Source of the DNA: Tubiluchus corallicola
Lineage: Eukaryota > Animalia > Priapulida
Direction of reading: 5' to 3'
Length of the DNA stretch: 64,000 bases
Assembly: GCA_030141605.1 (NCBI GenBank)
Contig: JAQGDQ010000052.1
Span: forward strand, 620,001-684,000
In this document: piece after piece, positions 40,701 through 49,229 of the stretch
Layout of the letters: every line of letters begins with the position of its first letter
How positions within the stretch are numbered: position 1 is the stretch's first letter
Position numbers and translations under genes: made by a program
The notes under the pieces: model-generated
Told to the model about the DNA's origin: nothing
Seen by the model: only the letters and a program-made list of their open reading frames with translations
Database searches by the model: none

Positions 40701-43700
40701 TGCCTCGATTATGTGAGTGTCTTTCAGTCGGGTTCCGGTAGCACCGCCATCTTCTTTGCCCGTAGAGGAGATCGTTTTCATATATTTGATCTCCTCATTT
40801 CACTTCTCATCTTATTTTTCACATCGGGTGGTAAACCTCGAACGGACAATTAGGCCATTTTCTGTTGAATTTCCACAGTTTTCTGCTTGGCAGGCGTGTC
40901 TAGAATGATGCGCGCATGTTTTAACCTGTTATACTCCGCCAATGGTAGTAAAAACATCTGAGAATACATTTTCTGTTTCTTTCTTTTTTATCGCGGAATG
41001 TCTTGACCATCCTGGCCACGCTGGCGGCAACAGAAGTGGCACCAAATATGCCGGCCAAGAGGGGTATGATTGGAAATATTCCACCTTTTTGCATTAACGC
41101 ACGTCTTCTGGCCTTCAGTGTGGAACCGGCACGTGCCAATTTTGCGATGATCCCTTAATGCCTTTACCTGTTTGGGTTTCAACTTTACATTACCACGTAG
41201 TATGTTGAGAGCGCATCTGCTAAAAAATTAATTGCATCGGCATCGGCCCACTTTAACATCTCTCTCCTATCTTGAGGTTTGGCAGAAGCCAGTTGCTTGA
41301 GAAAAGGCTTGTGACGTCTAATACGAGCTTGTGCCATTTTTACCGCTGCTATTGGTTAGATGACTCATGCAGCATGCGTCATTTTGGTTATCTCATTTTT
41401 GGGGAAGAAAAACCAATTGTGGTGCTTCGTGCGGAAATATGTTACTTCTCATGCGAGTGCCATCATTGGTTTCCTGACACAAGTCGAATAGCATGTAAGA
41501 AAAGGGTGCTGCAGTGGCACGCTCGAAAGCGTCCACAAAAGATTTCGATTTACCCGGATACATTTGTCTACCCAACACTTCCACCTGCATCTTGTCGCGT
41601 CGATTTTTGAATAACACCAAGTAGTGGGTGTTTATACTGCACGTTCTCGATTCTTTTCTCTGTTGAAAAGGATTCTGCGTGATGAAAACCACGAAACACA
41701 GTTTGTGGTGTACTAGCTTTGTGAACCAATCGGTCAGTCGCTTGGAAGTGGCTAGTTCCGTCATCATGTCGTCCACCTCCACCAGATCTCCCACAGGTAT
41801 TCCAACGTTTATGTCCTTGCAGTACTCCACTTCTCGCAATTCTTCGTGACATGAGGGTCGTGGGGGAGGTGTTTACGAAAGCCACAACACCCTGTCTGGT
41901 TTAGTGTCGAACAACACATTCCGATGGAGGACTAAATTTTTTACAAAAGTGGTTTTCCTGGCACGACTGGGTCTGGCCACCAACATAGTGCTACCAAATT
42001 TCAATCTCACATCGTAAATTTGATCAAATTTACGAATAATCAACGAATAAATTAATCGGCCTTCCTTTATATATGTTTATCAAAAAATAAATAAAAAAAT
42101 ATCACGCGGCTTACAGAAAAAAAAAACGGTTGCAGCACTTGGAAAAATATCTCCCTCCAGGCAATAATTAAGTTGTCATTAAAAAATAATCCCAGCCAAT
42201 AAAATTAAATCGTTGTTTATCGACAAACCGAGGACTCGTCATCGTTGCAAAATAAATCTAGACAATAATTAAATCGTCATTTATTAACAAAAGGGGATTT
42301 GATGACACGAGAAGAGAAGTGGTCGTGGAGAATTTAGTGATGCCCCCCCCGAGAGTCCCAGAAGATCTCCCTCATTGAGAAAGCAGGACGATTCCATTAT
42401 CCTCATCCCGAAGGGTGAGACGGGACGACTGGGGGTACCCAACCCCGCGGGCAGGGTCGTAATTCATCCCACCCCTCCAGCAGAATCGGTAGGACCAATT
42501 TAATCCCCTAATCACCTAAAAACAAAAGAAAATTAAGGCAATACAAAAAAATACGGACCAATGCATTTCACAGTGCGGGGGACATAATTGGGCAATTAAA
42601 GGAAATTAAATCACCCGAAAAAAGACATTACACACTACTATGATGGACGAAGGTGTAGTTGCTGCTTTTAAAGTGTGTTCTCTGTGCCGCACTTTTGACC
42701 AATTGATTGCTGAAACTGATGGTGAAGAAAAGCCGACTATTCGAAAGTACTGGCACGCGTACAACACTTTGCACTGTTTACAATACGTTAAAGAATGCAC
42801 AAATTTTTTATAAAAAACAAAAGAAAGAAAACGAGGAAGAGGAAAAAATGACTGAAGGAGAGAAGGCTATGTTTCATATTTAAAATTTAAGGTACAGAAA
42901 TATTTTGTTTTAACATTTTAGCATTGTAGCATTTTAATTAAAGAAACGCTGCAGAATTGTAAGCATAAAGCCATATAGTGCTTAATTCATGGGCCAAATG
43001 TTATTTATTTTTATCCTGTAAAAAAACAGAACCTTTTAAGACAGCCAGGCTTCAGTGGTTTTCGCCACCTTGCAAGCAACTGAACGTTTTTACATAGCCA
43101 AGCACTATCGATTTTTGCTCCTGGAATGCAACTGAATGCTCTTACATTGTTTCTAATGGAAAACAATGTTTCATTTTGCTACGTTTAACAACGCCTTTTG
43201 CCGGAACTCACTGTAGCAGCGAACGATATTTTGGCTCGCACTCATTAGTACAGGTTAATAGGGTTAAGCATTCTTTTACAAAAAGCAAATTCTAATCGAA
43301 TCATAATCGTTACTGTAAATCTCGAATCAGGTTGAATTTCGAGATTGCAAATCCAAGTCGAATTGTAGTTCAGTTTCGAAGATTATAGAATATTTTTTAG
43401 AATCGATTTTGAATCTCTAATAAAAAGCTGCCTCCCAAAAATCATGAAAATTACTTGACTTTATTCTGCAGTGAAAACACTAATGATTTGTTTTTTCTAA
43501 ATTTATGCACAGAAACCACAGCTAAACTGTGCTGGCTGCATGATATTTCAAACGTTTTAATAACAAACAACATACTTAGTCGATGGGCTGAATTATTAAA
43601 ATCCATACGTTTGAATCGAGTTTCAAACTAAAAAGCTCGATCGAATCGAATTGGCTATCATTAGCACGCTCACATAATTTTTGTTGCTTCTAGGTGTGTG

Positions 43701-46700
43701 ATCAAAAATGTAACAGCAGTAGGCACTGTCCAATGAGCAGTGAGAGATTATGTTTTGAATGTACCATAAAAAAGAAAACAAATACAGCTTATTGCTTTTT
43801 TTAATTTGGAGCAATTTCAAAGTTGCATTTATCACAAGGACAGTAACCAGTTACATTTTACGGTGGAATATTTTTTGTATGTTCTACTTGTTGGTCAACC
43901 TTTCAGCCGGTGCAAAATCTGTTGCAAGTATACAAATTCATACAACAATATTGATGTGCATCAAGTTACTATACAGCTACAGAGTGCAGAGGCAGTTGAT
44001 TTACAATCTCGTAATGCCTTAGCATATTTGAATAACTACCAAGTGTAAACACTTAGAGTGTTTGAATAATTTTTGCAAATTTTACACAAAATAAATTTTC
44101 TGCAGTTTTATGTTGAACAGTTTTAGATACAGGCATACGTGAAAAATTTGCAAATCACCTTATTAATTACTCTATTGAATAAAAAATCTAAATGTTATAT
44201 TTATTGTGCTAGAAAGAATATTTGGCGTTCTTTCAGAAAGTACTTAGGTTAAAACTAGTATCTTAAGCAGTTAGGCCGTTGTGAGCACTTTTGTTCCGGG
44301 ATGACAAAACTATTAAGTTTTTCTGAAGGAGTTAAAGGAAGACCGGATGATTGTTTAGACTCAATCTCATTTTAATTTACTGTCCAAAATATACATTTTC
44401 TTGCATATAAAAGTTAACAATTGTTTCTTATACTTGAATAATTAGCTTAGAAAGTTAATTAATGGTAACCGAACACAGCTATTGCTTACGTCAGAAACTA
44501 ACCACAGTTTGTTTTTCTCTTGCGCATCAAGTGCATTGGTATAAGTGTTACAGTACTGTTTAAACACACGATGTCACGAAGAATGGGCTCTTCATCATAT
44601 GGTGTCAGAAACTAACACTGCAGTTCATGATCATGCTTATCACGGTACTGCCTTATATTTGTCGGCCACGCGAATGTGACAAAGAAGCGCCGCTGCCAAT
44701 CTTCATTGATCTGAGCGTAGCTTTGAAAGTTTAACGAAATTTGAGTGTCCGAGGTAATTATTATTTAATCTAAGCTTTGATTTAAAAAAAGGTATTGTAG
44801 TTTTCAGTACTTTAGAACATTCTTTGTTCTGAACTAATGTTTACATAATCATCCGGTTTTCCTTTCAAACAAGTGGCTCTTAATTTTGTGAAAAAAAAAC
44901 AGATTATTACCGTTTTGGGAGAAACTCCCTCTATTTTCTCACCCATATGAGCTACAAGATCTACTGACAGGGTAAGTGGCATTTTCTTTATGAATTCGCA
45001 TGTAATACCACTCAAAAAAGGGGATGCTTTTCCAATGGATACTTTATCCCACACACCGACCTGTCTCAGAAAGTAGGTATTCTGCAACAGAAAAAAAACT
45101 AAAGCATTAAATGAGTTTATTGCTGTACCAGAAATTGCTGGCATCAAAGAAGATTATCTTTGTATCAGCTCTAGCCTATACTACTAAACGTTTTTGTCCT
45201 CTTACAGTTGACTCTTTATTTGAAAGCATTTGGTTATGGGTCAGCAAATCTTGGCGTAAGTAATAACATTCAATTTGTCTCATGGAAATAATACATTTCA
45301 ATGTACAACAACTATATTTCTCGACATAGGTAGCATTCGTCTTCAATTCTCACTGTCGGTTTTTGCCTCCTAGTGAAGTCAATGATCAATCAACAAGGAT
45401 GTAACTCACACTATTCAGTTTGGTTCACTGAAACTTTCCATCGGCCACATACAACCACAGTTACTCGACACGGAAAGCAATGGTGTTCTTGACACTGCAG
45501 CACTGTCATTTGCCCCCAACAAAAAATTTTCTCATCATGAATAACTCATGCTCAACTATTTACTAGACCTCGATTCCATCTAGCTACACATAAAATTGTG
45601 ATTCAAGAGCTGTAGGAGACCCTGCCTAAAGAAATAAGAAGCCTTACCTACTATGAGGCCATTGTGTATCCTGTGTGTTTCATGACCCCAGCCCATGACC
45701 ATATTAAAGAAACAAAAAGGCTCAGAAAATAAAATAGTAATAACTAGTGAACATTTTTGAGTAAGTCAAAACCAAGGACAGACTCTGTTTGTATTTACAA
45801 ATACAAAAACTTTTTCAAAATAATTAACAACATGGTTGTGCATGCCATTAATACTATATATGAAATTAGAACTAGCCACCTTTGACCTATGGGTCAACTG
45901 TTAACCAAACACAGGCTAACATGCACCATTCAATTTGCCTTATTGTAACACTTTCATTTGATGTGCTATAAAATATTAAAATTTCACTTTTCACCTGTGA
46001 CTTCTTGGATAATGCGGGCATGACCCACAGCACTCACATCACTCACTGAAATCATTCTCAGTTGTCAGTAAAAAATTTTGTGTTTTGTATAAAGAACTTT
46101 TCTCCCAAATGGCATTATAAAAGAAAAACAGTTTCTAAAACCAGATTAGACATTTGGTCAGCAGAGTTGAAAGAAGCCATCTACATTAAAGTCAATGGTG
46201 ACAAAGTGTTAGGAAAACGGAAACTTTCTGTTAAGTGTTTCAGCAGAAACATTTTGACACTTATAATTGTCTCCATTGTAGCAACACAACTACGCAATAT
46301 AAGTTTGAGAAAGAACAATATATATTTTGCAAGAACAACTGACTAACAGGACAATATTAAAATTCTGTGAAAATAGCTTGTGTCTCCCCCAGCGAGACGT
46401 TAGTAACGAGTGCGGTGTATTGTGAGGGTGCTAGAATGGAGATGAGATAAATTTTTGTAGTCTGAATAGAAGATTGCATAAAGACGTGGTTAAAATGACT
46501 ATAATCATATTTGTTTTCAAATTTAAGAATAAGTAAAGCAGTTAAACTAATAAAGAATAAGTTATTTCTATCTTTAATAAACTGACCACGATATCATCAC
46601 AAGTGTGATGGCTTTGTAAAATTTAACCCAACACGGGAAGCAATATAGAATGCTTCTTAAGTTTATCTTAAGTTCTTAAGTTTTGACATGATTTTGCATA

Positions 46701-48641
46701 TCGTATCGTCCCTTGTAATTTATAATTAGTGGGCACTATTATAGGAATGCTAACTTTTGGTTAAATCTCAAGCAGGGTGATTTAATAATTCCAGCAAAAC
46801 AAACACAACATTGTTTTCCTGCACTTCATGTATGAAGAAGCAGTAGCATAGCTTAATTATCTGCACACAGTCCATCATATTTGGTTGTGCGAGAAATCCA
46901 ATTTGGTTTGCACCACATCTCCTGTCCTGTAGCACTCTTTTGTCCAGTTAAAAGGCACTACTTTTCTATTGGCTGCATTGGCGCAGAACAGTCACTGATG
47001 AACTGTTTAAAACAATTTACAGGGCCTAAAAATGGACGTATGCCTTTAACTGTTGTAGATGGCGAAATTTGGCTCATAGCTTTCATTTTTTCCTCATCAA
47101 CTTTAGCTGCAAATGGCGTTAAAATATGCTCTAAAATTGGGCTTTAAAAACACGCATTTTGCTCTACATTTTAGGTTAGAAAATAAGTGAATGAAAATTT
47201 ACTAAAGGTCTTGCGGGTGTTTTACCTGTACGTCGTGTCTACTTGTTTTGTTTTTCTAAATACCTATTCTGCGCTCGTAAGTTCTTGATCTTGCTTGACC
47301 TATTAATGCCATTACTCAAAAATCATGCATCTGTTCTCCTTGCAAATTATAAACGGGTGTTAGGTCTGCCATTTGTACTACTGCTAATTAGTACATGATT
47401 GTATAGTGCATTTAATTAGTGCATTGTGTACTAGTAACTGCAAGGAGTAATTCACCACTTTTTGAAAGTGTAATTCCAATACCTCTACAATTTTGCTGCA
47501 ATAATTTTAGTATTTTGAGCCAACAGTTCATCACTGGAAGTACATTTTGAAAGTAATTTACATGCACAATTTTTATGTATATGTACAATGGGACATGCAT
47601 CAAAACAAGCATAGAAAAATAGTAATAAATTTGAAAATTTTCCAGCAAAATAAAAAAATAGAATGTACTATAAATTAAATGTTAACCTGGTGTTGAGCCA
47701 AATTCAAGTTGGGGATGGAACCTATATCCTCCAAAGAAAGGCTTTGCAAATTTTCTATAGGCTCAAGTCCTATTATTTGCTGTGAGGTGGCAACATCTGG
47801 ATTTTCCTTTATAGCCTGCTCAGTAGTGCTATTTTCCTTAAGCTGTAATATAAAATCTAAGATAAATTTTTATTGTCAAAATCTGATAAATTTTCTTTTT
47901 AGCTTACAATACATTGAAGATGCCAAATTTTGAGATTCAAAAAAATTTAGTAAACCATTTTTATGTTATTGTTTGCTATATCTTGCAAAAGATAATCCAC
48001 TTTAATTTATAACCTTAGTTTAATGCGCATAACGCAGGACTTCTTTGTACGATATGAATGAACACGTCTTTTTTATGCGATAAGCTCATTGCCATTGGCA
48101 TTGTATTAAGAAAGGTAAAAAGACTACGTGATGCTTGTGAATGGGAAAATTGGCAGAAATATCTTATGCAAGCTTGAATGCATATATATCTTCCTCATAG
48201 AGAGAAATAGCTGGCCTGAAGAATTATACCCAGAAGCAGTTTTTCCAGCAAACCTCGACTTAATTTCTGTTGCAAGTCAGCTATTCTGCTTGCTCGTGGT
48301 TTCTTTTTTTTAACTAATTAAAGAGTGATGCTCTTGCTCCACAAAGTCTAACCAAACAGTCCTAAAATACTGCCATGACAAATAAGAGCAGTGGAACAAA
48401 AAATGACAAAATTGCATATTTAGGACATGCTTTTAATTTTTTAATTTACTTTGGCCTTAAAAAATGGTAAATACCAAAACAGTAGTTCTGCATGTTGTCT
48501 ACCTTTTGTAAAATTGTGGCTCCAAGCACTTGGTCTTGCGTTCTTGGTAGTTGATTCGGAATTTGTTCAGGATTCTGCAGAAGTGTTACCTGGTCTGTCT
48601 TCTCTTTTTTAAGAGCCGTTACAATATGTCCTACCATTTGA
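6858..48641 (-). CDS. Multi-exon gene encoding a stereocilin/otoancorin/mesothelin-superfamily extracellular protein (5' and 3' ends not located)
   Basis: Exons 48503-48641, 47687-47842, 44911-45081, 31662-31777, 29624-29795, 27541-27734, 26049-26139, 25438-25660, 22380-22573, 16057-16218, 15182-15330, 13008-13147, 9706-9803 and 6858-7728 all have polypyrimidine-AG/GT boundaries and join with matching phases into one open frame. Motifs typical of the family: AFGELSTWDEITL, LTCLDI, IGHLVCGIDPEDI, LKSCDLEVL...LYGDVSEWTSSHVGQMGIVVGAL, FSPQQLSEF. Confidence 0.8.
9706..9803 (-). CDS. Exon of stereocilin-like gene (GALTEEEASKLPVDALNELKPTTAVVMSPETLR)
   Basis: ctag|GG...AGA|gtaagt; 98 nt, phase 1 to 0. 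Confidence 0.85.
10130..12570. repeat. Cluster of an interspersed non-coding repeat family with internal sub-repeats; homologous copy at 30480-31420
   Basis: Duplicated units (aacc(c)aaaatgtgaaaatt...caactcct x2; tagttgacaatgtttctgacgtgg x2; aatgaaatctcaact...cttgacccgtg...tctcactgag x2-3). 11740-12130 resembles 30950-31320 (cagagagtgtaccct...gcatgtaaaa...ttttgcatttt...cagggcta...gtgaccctagct...gttatta). Confidence 0.7.
13008..13147 (-). CDS. Exon of stereocilin-like gene (ATVVSFGLLKSCDLEVL...YGDVSEWTSSHVGQMGIVV)
   Basis: ttttag|...|gtatgt; 140 nt, phase 2 to 1; family-typical C...G.VS.W motif. Confidence 0.88.
15182..15330 (-). CDS. Exon of stereocilin-like gene (QQNLAEKV...IGHLVCGIDPEDIRNLVSPAVY)
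   Basis: ttacag|...|gtatat; 149 nt, phase 0 to 2. Confidence 0.88.
15555..15930 (+). repeat. Interspersed repeat with a second copy at about 28685-29140
   Basis: Shared blocks catgccaacaaaacaataaaga, gtcttcac, atgca.aggaactaaa.gcaaaa, ccaaatacc and gaaaatggt.gacaca in two different introns. Confidence 0.7.
16057..16218 (-). CDS. Exon of stereocilin-like gene (SNGGTVSNMTAALL...LGDLSELSQEV)
   Basis: ttacag|...|gtaagt; 162 nt, phase 0 to 0; inside ORF 15967..16257. Confidence 0.88.
16950..18480 (+). mobile_element. BEL/Pao gag remnant with probable 3' LTR
   Basis: LSSPEPGVFKYDPMAYCKWRVAFDALV...HYLSQYLGGSAKKTVEGLLLL...ARRLLDDMFGDP...LEILNDYNENRKLCSKL (DUF1759). Purine tract aaaggggggtgcgga at about 18236 precedes an AATAAA-containing LTR-like segment. 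Confidence 0.7.
18990..19835 (+). mobile_element. CR1/L2-type LINE 3' fragment
   Basis: PAYLCDLLP...YNLR...SFTSSCIKLW...CRVRL...SPVCSNC...ENRTHYLFYC, followed by a 3' UTR with AATAAA. Confidence 0.75.
22380..22573 (-). CDS. Exon of stereocilin-like gene (SEDVDETLQHNLTCLDI...LWEAVIK)
   Basis: ttatag|...|gttcgt; 194 nt, phase 1 to 0. Confidence 0.85.
22592..24310 (+). mobile_element. LINE RT fragment split by a ~0.7-kb non-coding insertion (22681-23399)
   Basis: GVRKEAVLSAILSTIYLDELLLRLHNYG stops at 22680 and resumes as YFADVLGYRDDLTVLVPSVKYLQKMLEICENYG...HLGH after 23400; atggag is repeated at both junctions. Confidence 0.7.
25438..25660 (-). CDS. Exon of stereocilin-like gene ending in GRKKR (furin-type site)
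   Basis: ttatag|...|gtaagc; 223 nt, phase 0 to 1. Confidence 0.85.
26049..26139 (-). CDS. Exon of stereocilin-like gene (ELSTWDEITLMKVRCLLFVFDRSQLNQIPK)
   Basis: tttcag|...|gtaagt; 91 nt, phase 2 to 0. Confidence 0.85.
26794..27313 (-). mobile_element. Candidate 5S-derived SINE (SINE3)
   Basis: The 5S head runs directly into a ~400-bp GC-richer body that ends in a short (AAC)n-like tail (GGATGCCAACAACAAA); flanks are AT-rich intron. Confidence 0.65.
27194..27313 (-). rRNA. 5S rRNA-derived sequence (pseudogene or SINE head)
   Basis: Reverse complement reads CTATGGCCATATCACGTTAAAAACACCGGTTCTTGTCTGATCGCCGAAGTTAAGCAACATAGAGCCTGGTTAGTACTTGGATGGGTGACCACCTAGGAATACCAGGTGCTGTAGGCTT: full-length 5S with the internal control region. 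Single copy, no T4 terminator. Confidence 0.9.
27541..27734 (-). CDS. Exon of stereocilin-like gene (DSPSPASITAEQFDALGQL...EKLIDAFG)
   Basis: gtatag|...|gtacgt; 194 nt, phase 0 to 2. Confidence 0.85.
29624..29795 (-). CDS. Exon of stereocilin-like gene (MARPFADD...LSNVLDCW)
   Basis: ttttag|...|gtgagt; 172 nt, phase 2 to 0. Confidence 0.85.
31662..31777 (-). CDS. Exon of stereocilin-like gene (RNCLASKMTDF...PNELLMK)
   Basis: ttttag|...|gtaagt; 116 nt, phase 0 to 2. Confidence 0.82.
35016..36380 (+). pseudogene. Maverick protein-primed DNA polymerase B remnant; N-terminal region joined to the extreme C-terminus, catalytic core deleted
   Basis: ISGFVISAVPFIEIQLSKYK...GGFCQLPRDLVDKRVLLNI...DAHCVKYAILGSL...IEFPT...HYLTISDLNRLL...HYCERC (pPolB N-terminal region), then directly RAKGVDRQAITHEITHEDF...KRSLSFFHDKR...SLPYGH (pPolB C-terminus). 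Several frameshifts. Confidence 0.85.
36750..37190 (+). repeat. Tandem and dispersed repeats inside the Maverick with a CCTC(T)CCAGGAT core
   Basis: ~34-bp unit cacctctccaggatgtaatttctcgcaaatttc at about 36967, 37083, 37117 and 37151; cgtgatctgca.ccaccctccaggatc at 36751 and 36860. Confidence 0.85.
38113..38385 (+). repeat. ~125-bp direct repeat in the Maverick carrying three CTCF-like motifs
   Basis: Copies at 38143-38256 and 38272-38384; motifs ccaacaggtggcgcta, gcgtagatggcgcta and cccgtagatggcgctg. Confidence 0.75.
38965..39330 (-). pseudogene. Maverick minor capsid (penton-like) protein, C-terminal half
   Basis: GQQTLYIYLDCIGHFPVGYTSVPLLRAV...FRHIYYRKV...LEVYVCDDTG, then a degenerate F.G...L.LHF terminus. 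Confidence 0.72.
39400..40213 (-). pseudogene. Maverick retroviral-like (rve, c-integrase) integrase
   Basis: WLSAQPTYTLHK...QWQADLV...LTVVDCFSRYAWA...LHTDKGREF...VEHFNGTLK, then after a frameshift RFKKSYFPNWTEELFTV...YRISDHNGEEV. Confidence 0.92.
40250..40915 (-). pseudogene. Conserved Maverick uncharacterised ORF upstream of integrase
   Basis: Manual translation ...IIEALPAKYKSRGQKILSF...RWDEMGRFVHEGRAVSGTHLVDLIKYA...PPRGWSDF resembles the orphan gene usually found next to Maverick integrase; disrupted. Confidence 0.6.
40921..41338 (-). pseudogene. Small basic Maverick core-like protein with MQKGG|IFP protease-cleavage-like motif
   Basis: MAQARIRRHKPFLKQL...CALNILRGNVKLKPKQVKALR...RRRALMQKGGIFPIIPLLAG; Arg/Lys-rich, followed by a hydrophobic tail; frameshifted. 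Confidence 0.7.
41393..42025 (-). pseudogene. Maverick packaging ATPase (A32/FtsK-like)
   Basis: YDVRLKFGSTMLVARPSRARKTTFVKNL (degenerate Walker A), VDDMM (Walker B), FITQNPF...RTCSINTHYLVLFKNRRDKMQ...GRQMYPG...RMRSNIFP. Confidence 0.9.
43259..43662. mobile_element. hAT-like MITE rich in TCGAAT repeats; related end at about 62285-62325
   Basis: Starts TAGGGTT; contains many (t)cgaat/attcga motifs; similar ttcgaattcgattcgaa...caaccccta at 62290. Confidence 0.45.
44336..44863. mobile_element. Non-autonomous TIR element (Kolobok-like MITE)
   Basis: ttaa|AGGAAGACCGGATGATTGTTTA ... TTTACATAATCATCCGGTTTTCCT|ttca: imperfect TIRs with a TTAA-like target site. Confidence 0.65.
44911..45081 (-). CDS. 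Exon of stereocilin-like gene (NTYFLRQVGVWDKVSIGKASPFLSGITCEFI...SPKT)
   Basis: ttgcag|...|gtaata; 171 nt, phase 0 to 0; inside ORF 44812..45147. Confidence 0.78.
46920..47135 (-). mobile_element. Gypsy RT/RNaseH-connection fragment
   Basis: ILEHILTPFAAKVDEEKMKAMSQISPSTTVKGIRPFLGPVNCFKQFISDCSAPMQP...PFNWTKEC. Confidence 0.7.
47687..47842 (-). CDS. Exon of stereocilin-like gene (LKENSTTEQAIKENP...LNLAQHQ)
   Basis: ttacag|...|gttaac; 156 nt, phase 0 to 0. Confidence 0.72.
48503..48641 (-). CDS. Probable exon of stereocilin-like gene (QMVGHIVTALKKE...GATILQK)
   Basis: ctacag|...|gtagac; 139 nt, phase 2 to 0, compatible with the next exon. Confidence 0.62.
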
Positions 48642-49229
48642 CTGTAGGACAAATCAAATGAAAGGCTAGCATTTAAATATTCAGAGCTTTTCAAAAAGTG
48701 TAAAGAAGGCCTTAGTATCATTTTACAGCAGACACATTAGCTTGTTATGCACACTACCCACATGCACGCACATACACACGCAAAATATTGGTACAATGTT
48801 GTGTCCTGCTTAGACACACCCTACATATTCTAAGGCAAATCAAACCAAAAGCAATAATTTTCCTGTACGTTCCAGAAAAATTACACCTGCAACTACAAAA
48901 TTTAGGACACAATTTTGTTTTTAATGTTTTATTTGAAAACATCTCTCTTACGTTTGAAGTATGATCATTTTGTGTATAGCGAAAAATAAATTCCTCTTTA
49001 ACCTTACTTCATCATTACATTACTCTCTCAGCTGATATTGTTTTTATTTAGTTAAAATAATGATTCTCTATTCAAACCTATGCAGATGCACAGTCCAAAA
49101 TCATACAGTACTCTTCAGTTAACACTAAGTCTGCATTACTGTGAGACTGAATAAGTGGATTTAGTAACCTTTTGAAATTATAAATGTAAGAGTAACACTA
49201 GGGTATGTAACATACTATGTTACAAACTA

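Larger units (their letters stand above)
34020..42639. mobile_element. Maverick/Polinton (adintovirus-like) element, internally deleted and non-autonomous
   Basis: Left end AGTAGTGTGTAATGTCTCTTTTCGGGTGATTTAAT and right end ATTAAATCACCCGAAAAAAGACATTACACACTACT form an imperfect TIR of at least 170 bp. Perfect 6-bp TSD ATGATG (34014-34019 and 42640-42645). Contains pPolB, ATPase, integrase and minor capsid remnants. Confidence 0.95.
33073..43213 (+). mobile_element. Tigger/pogo (CENP-B-like DDE_1) DNA transposon remnant, split by the Maverick
   Basis: MDSTKQK...LETKLDIVSRFDAGE (HTH), then LFWKRMPART, KAAKDR, KKAWITGKIFSEW, KILLLVDNA, VKIVFLLLNTAALKQM | Maverick | MDEGVVAAFK, i.e. the PNTTSLIQPMDQGVIAAFK motif. 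Ends approximately tagtgactccc...gaactcactg|ta. Confidence 0.85.
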
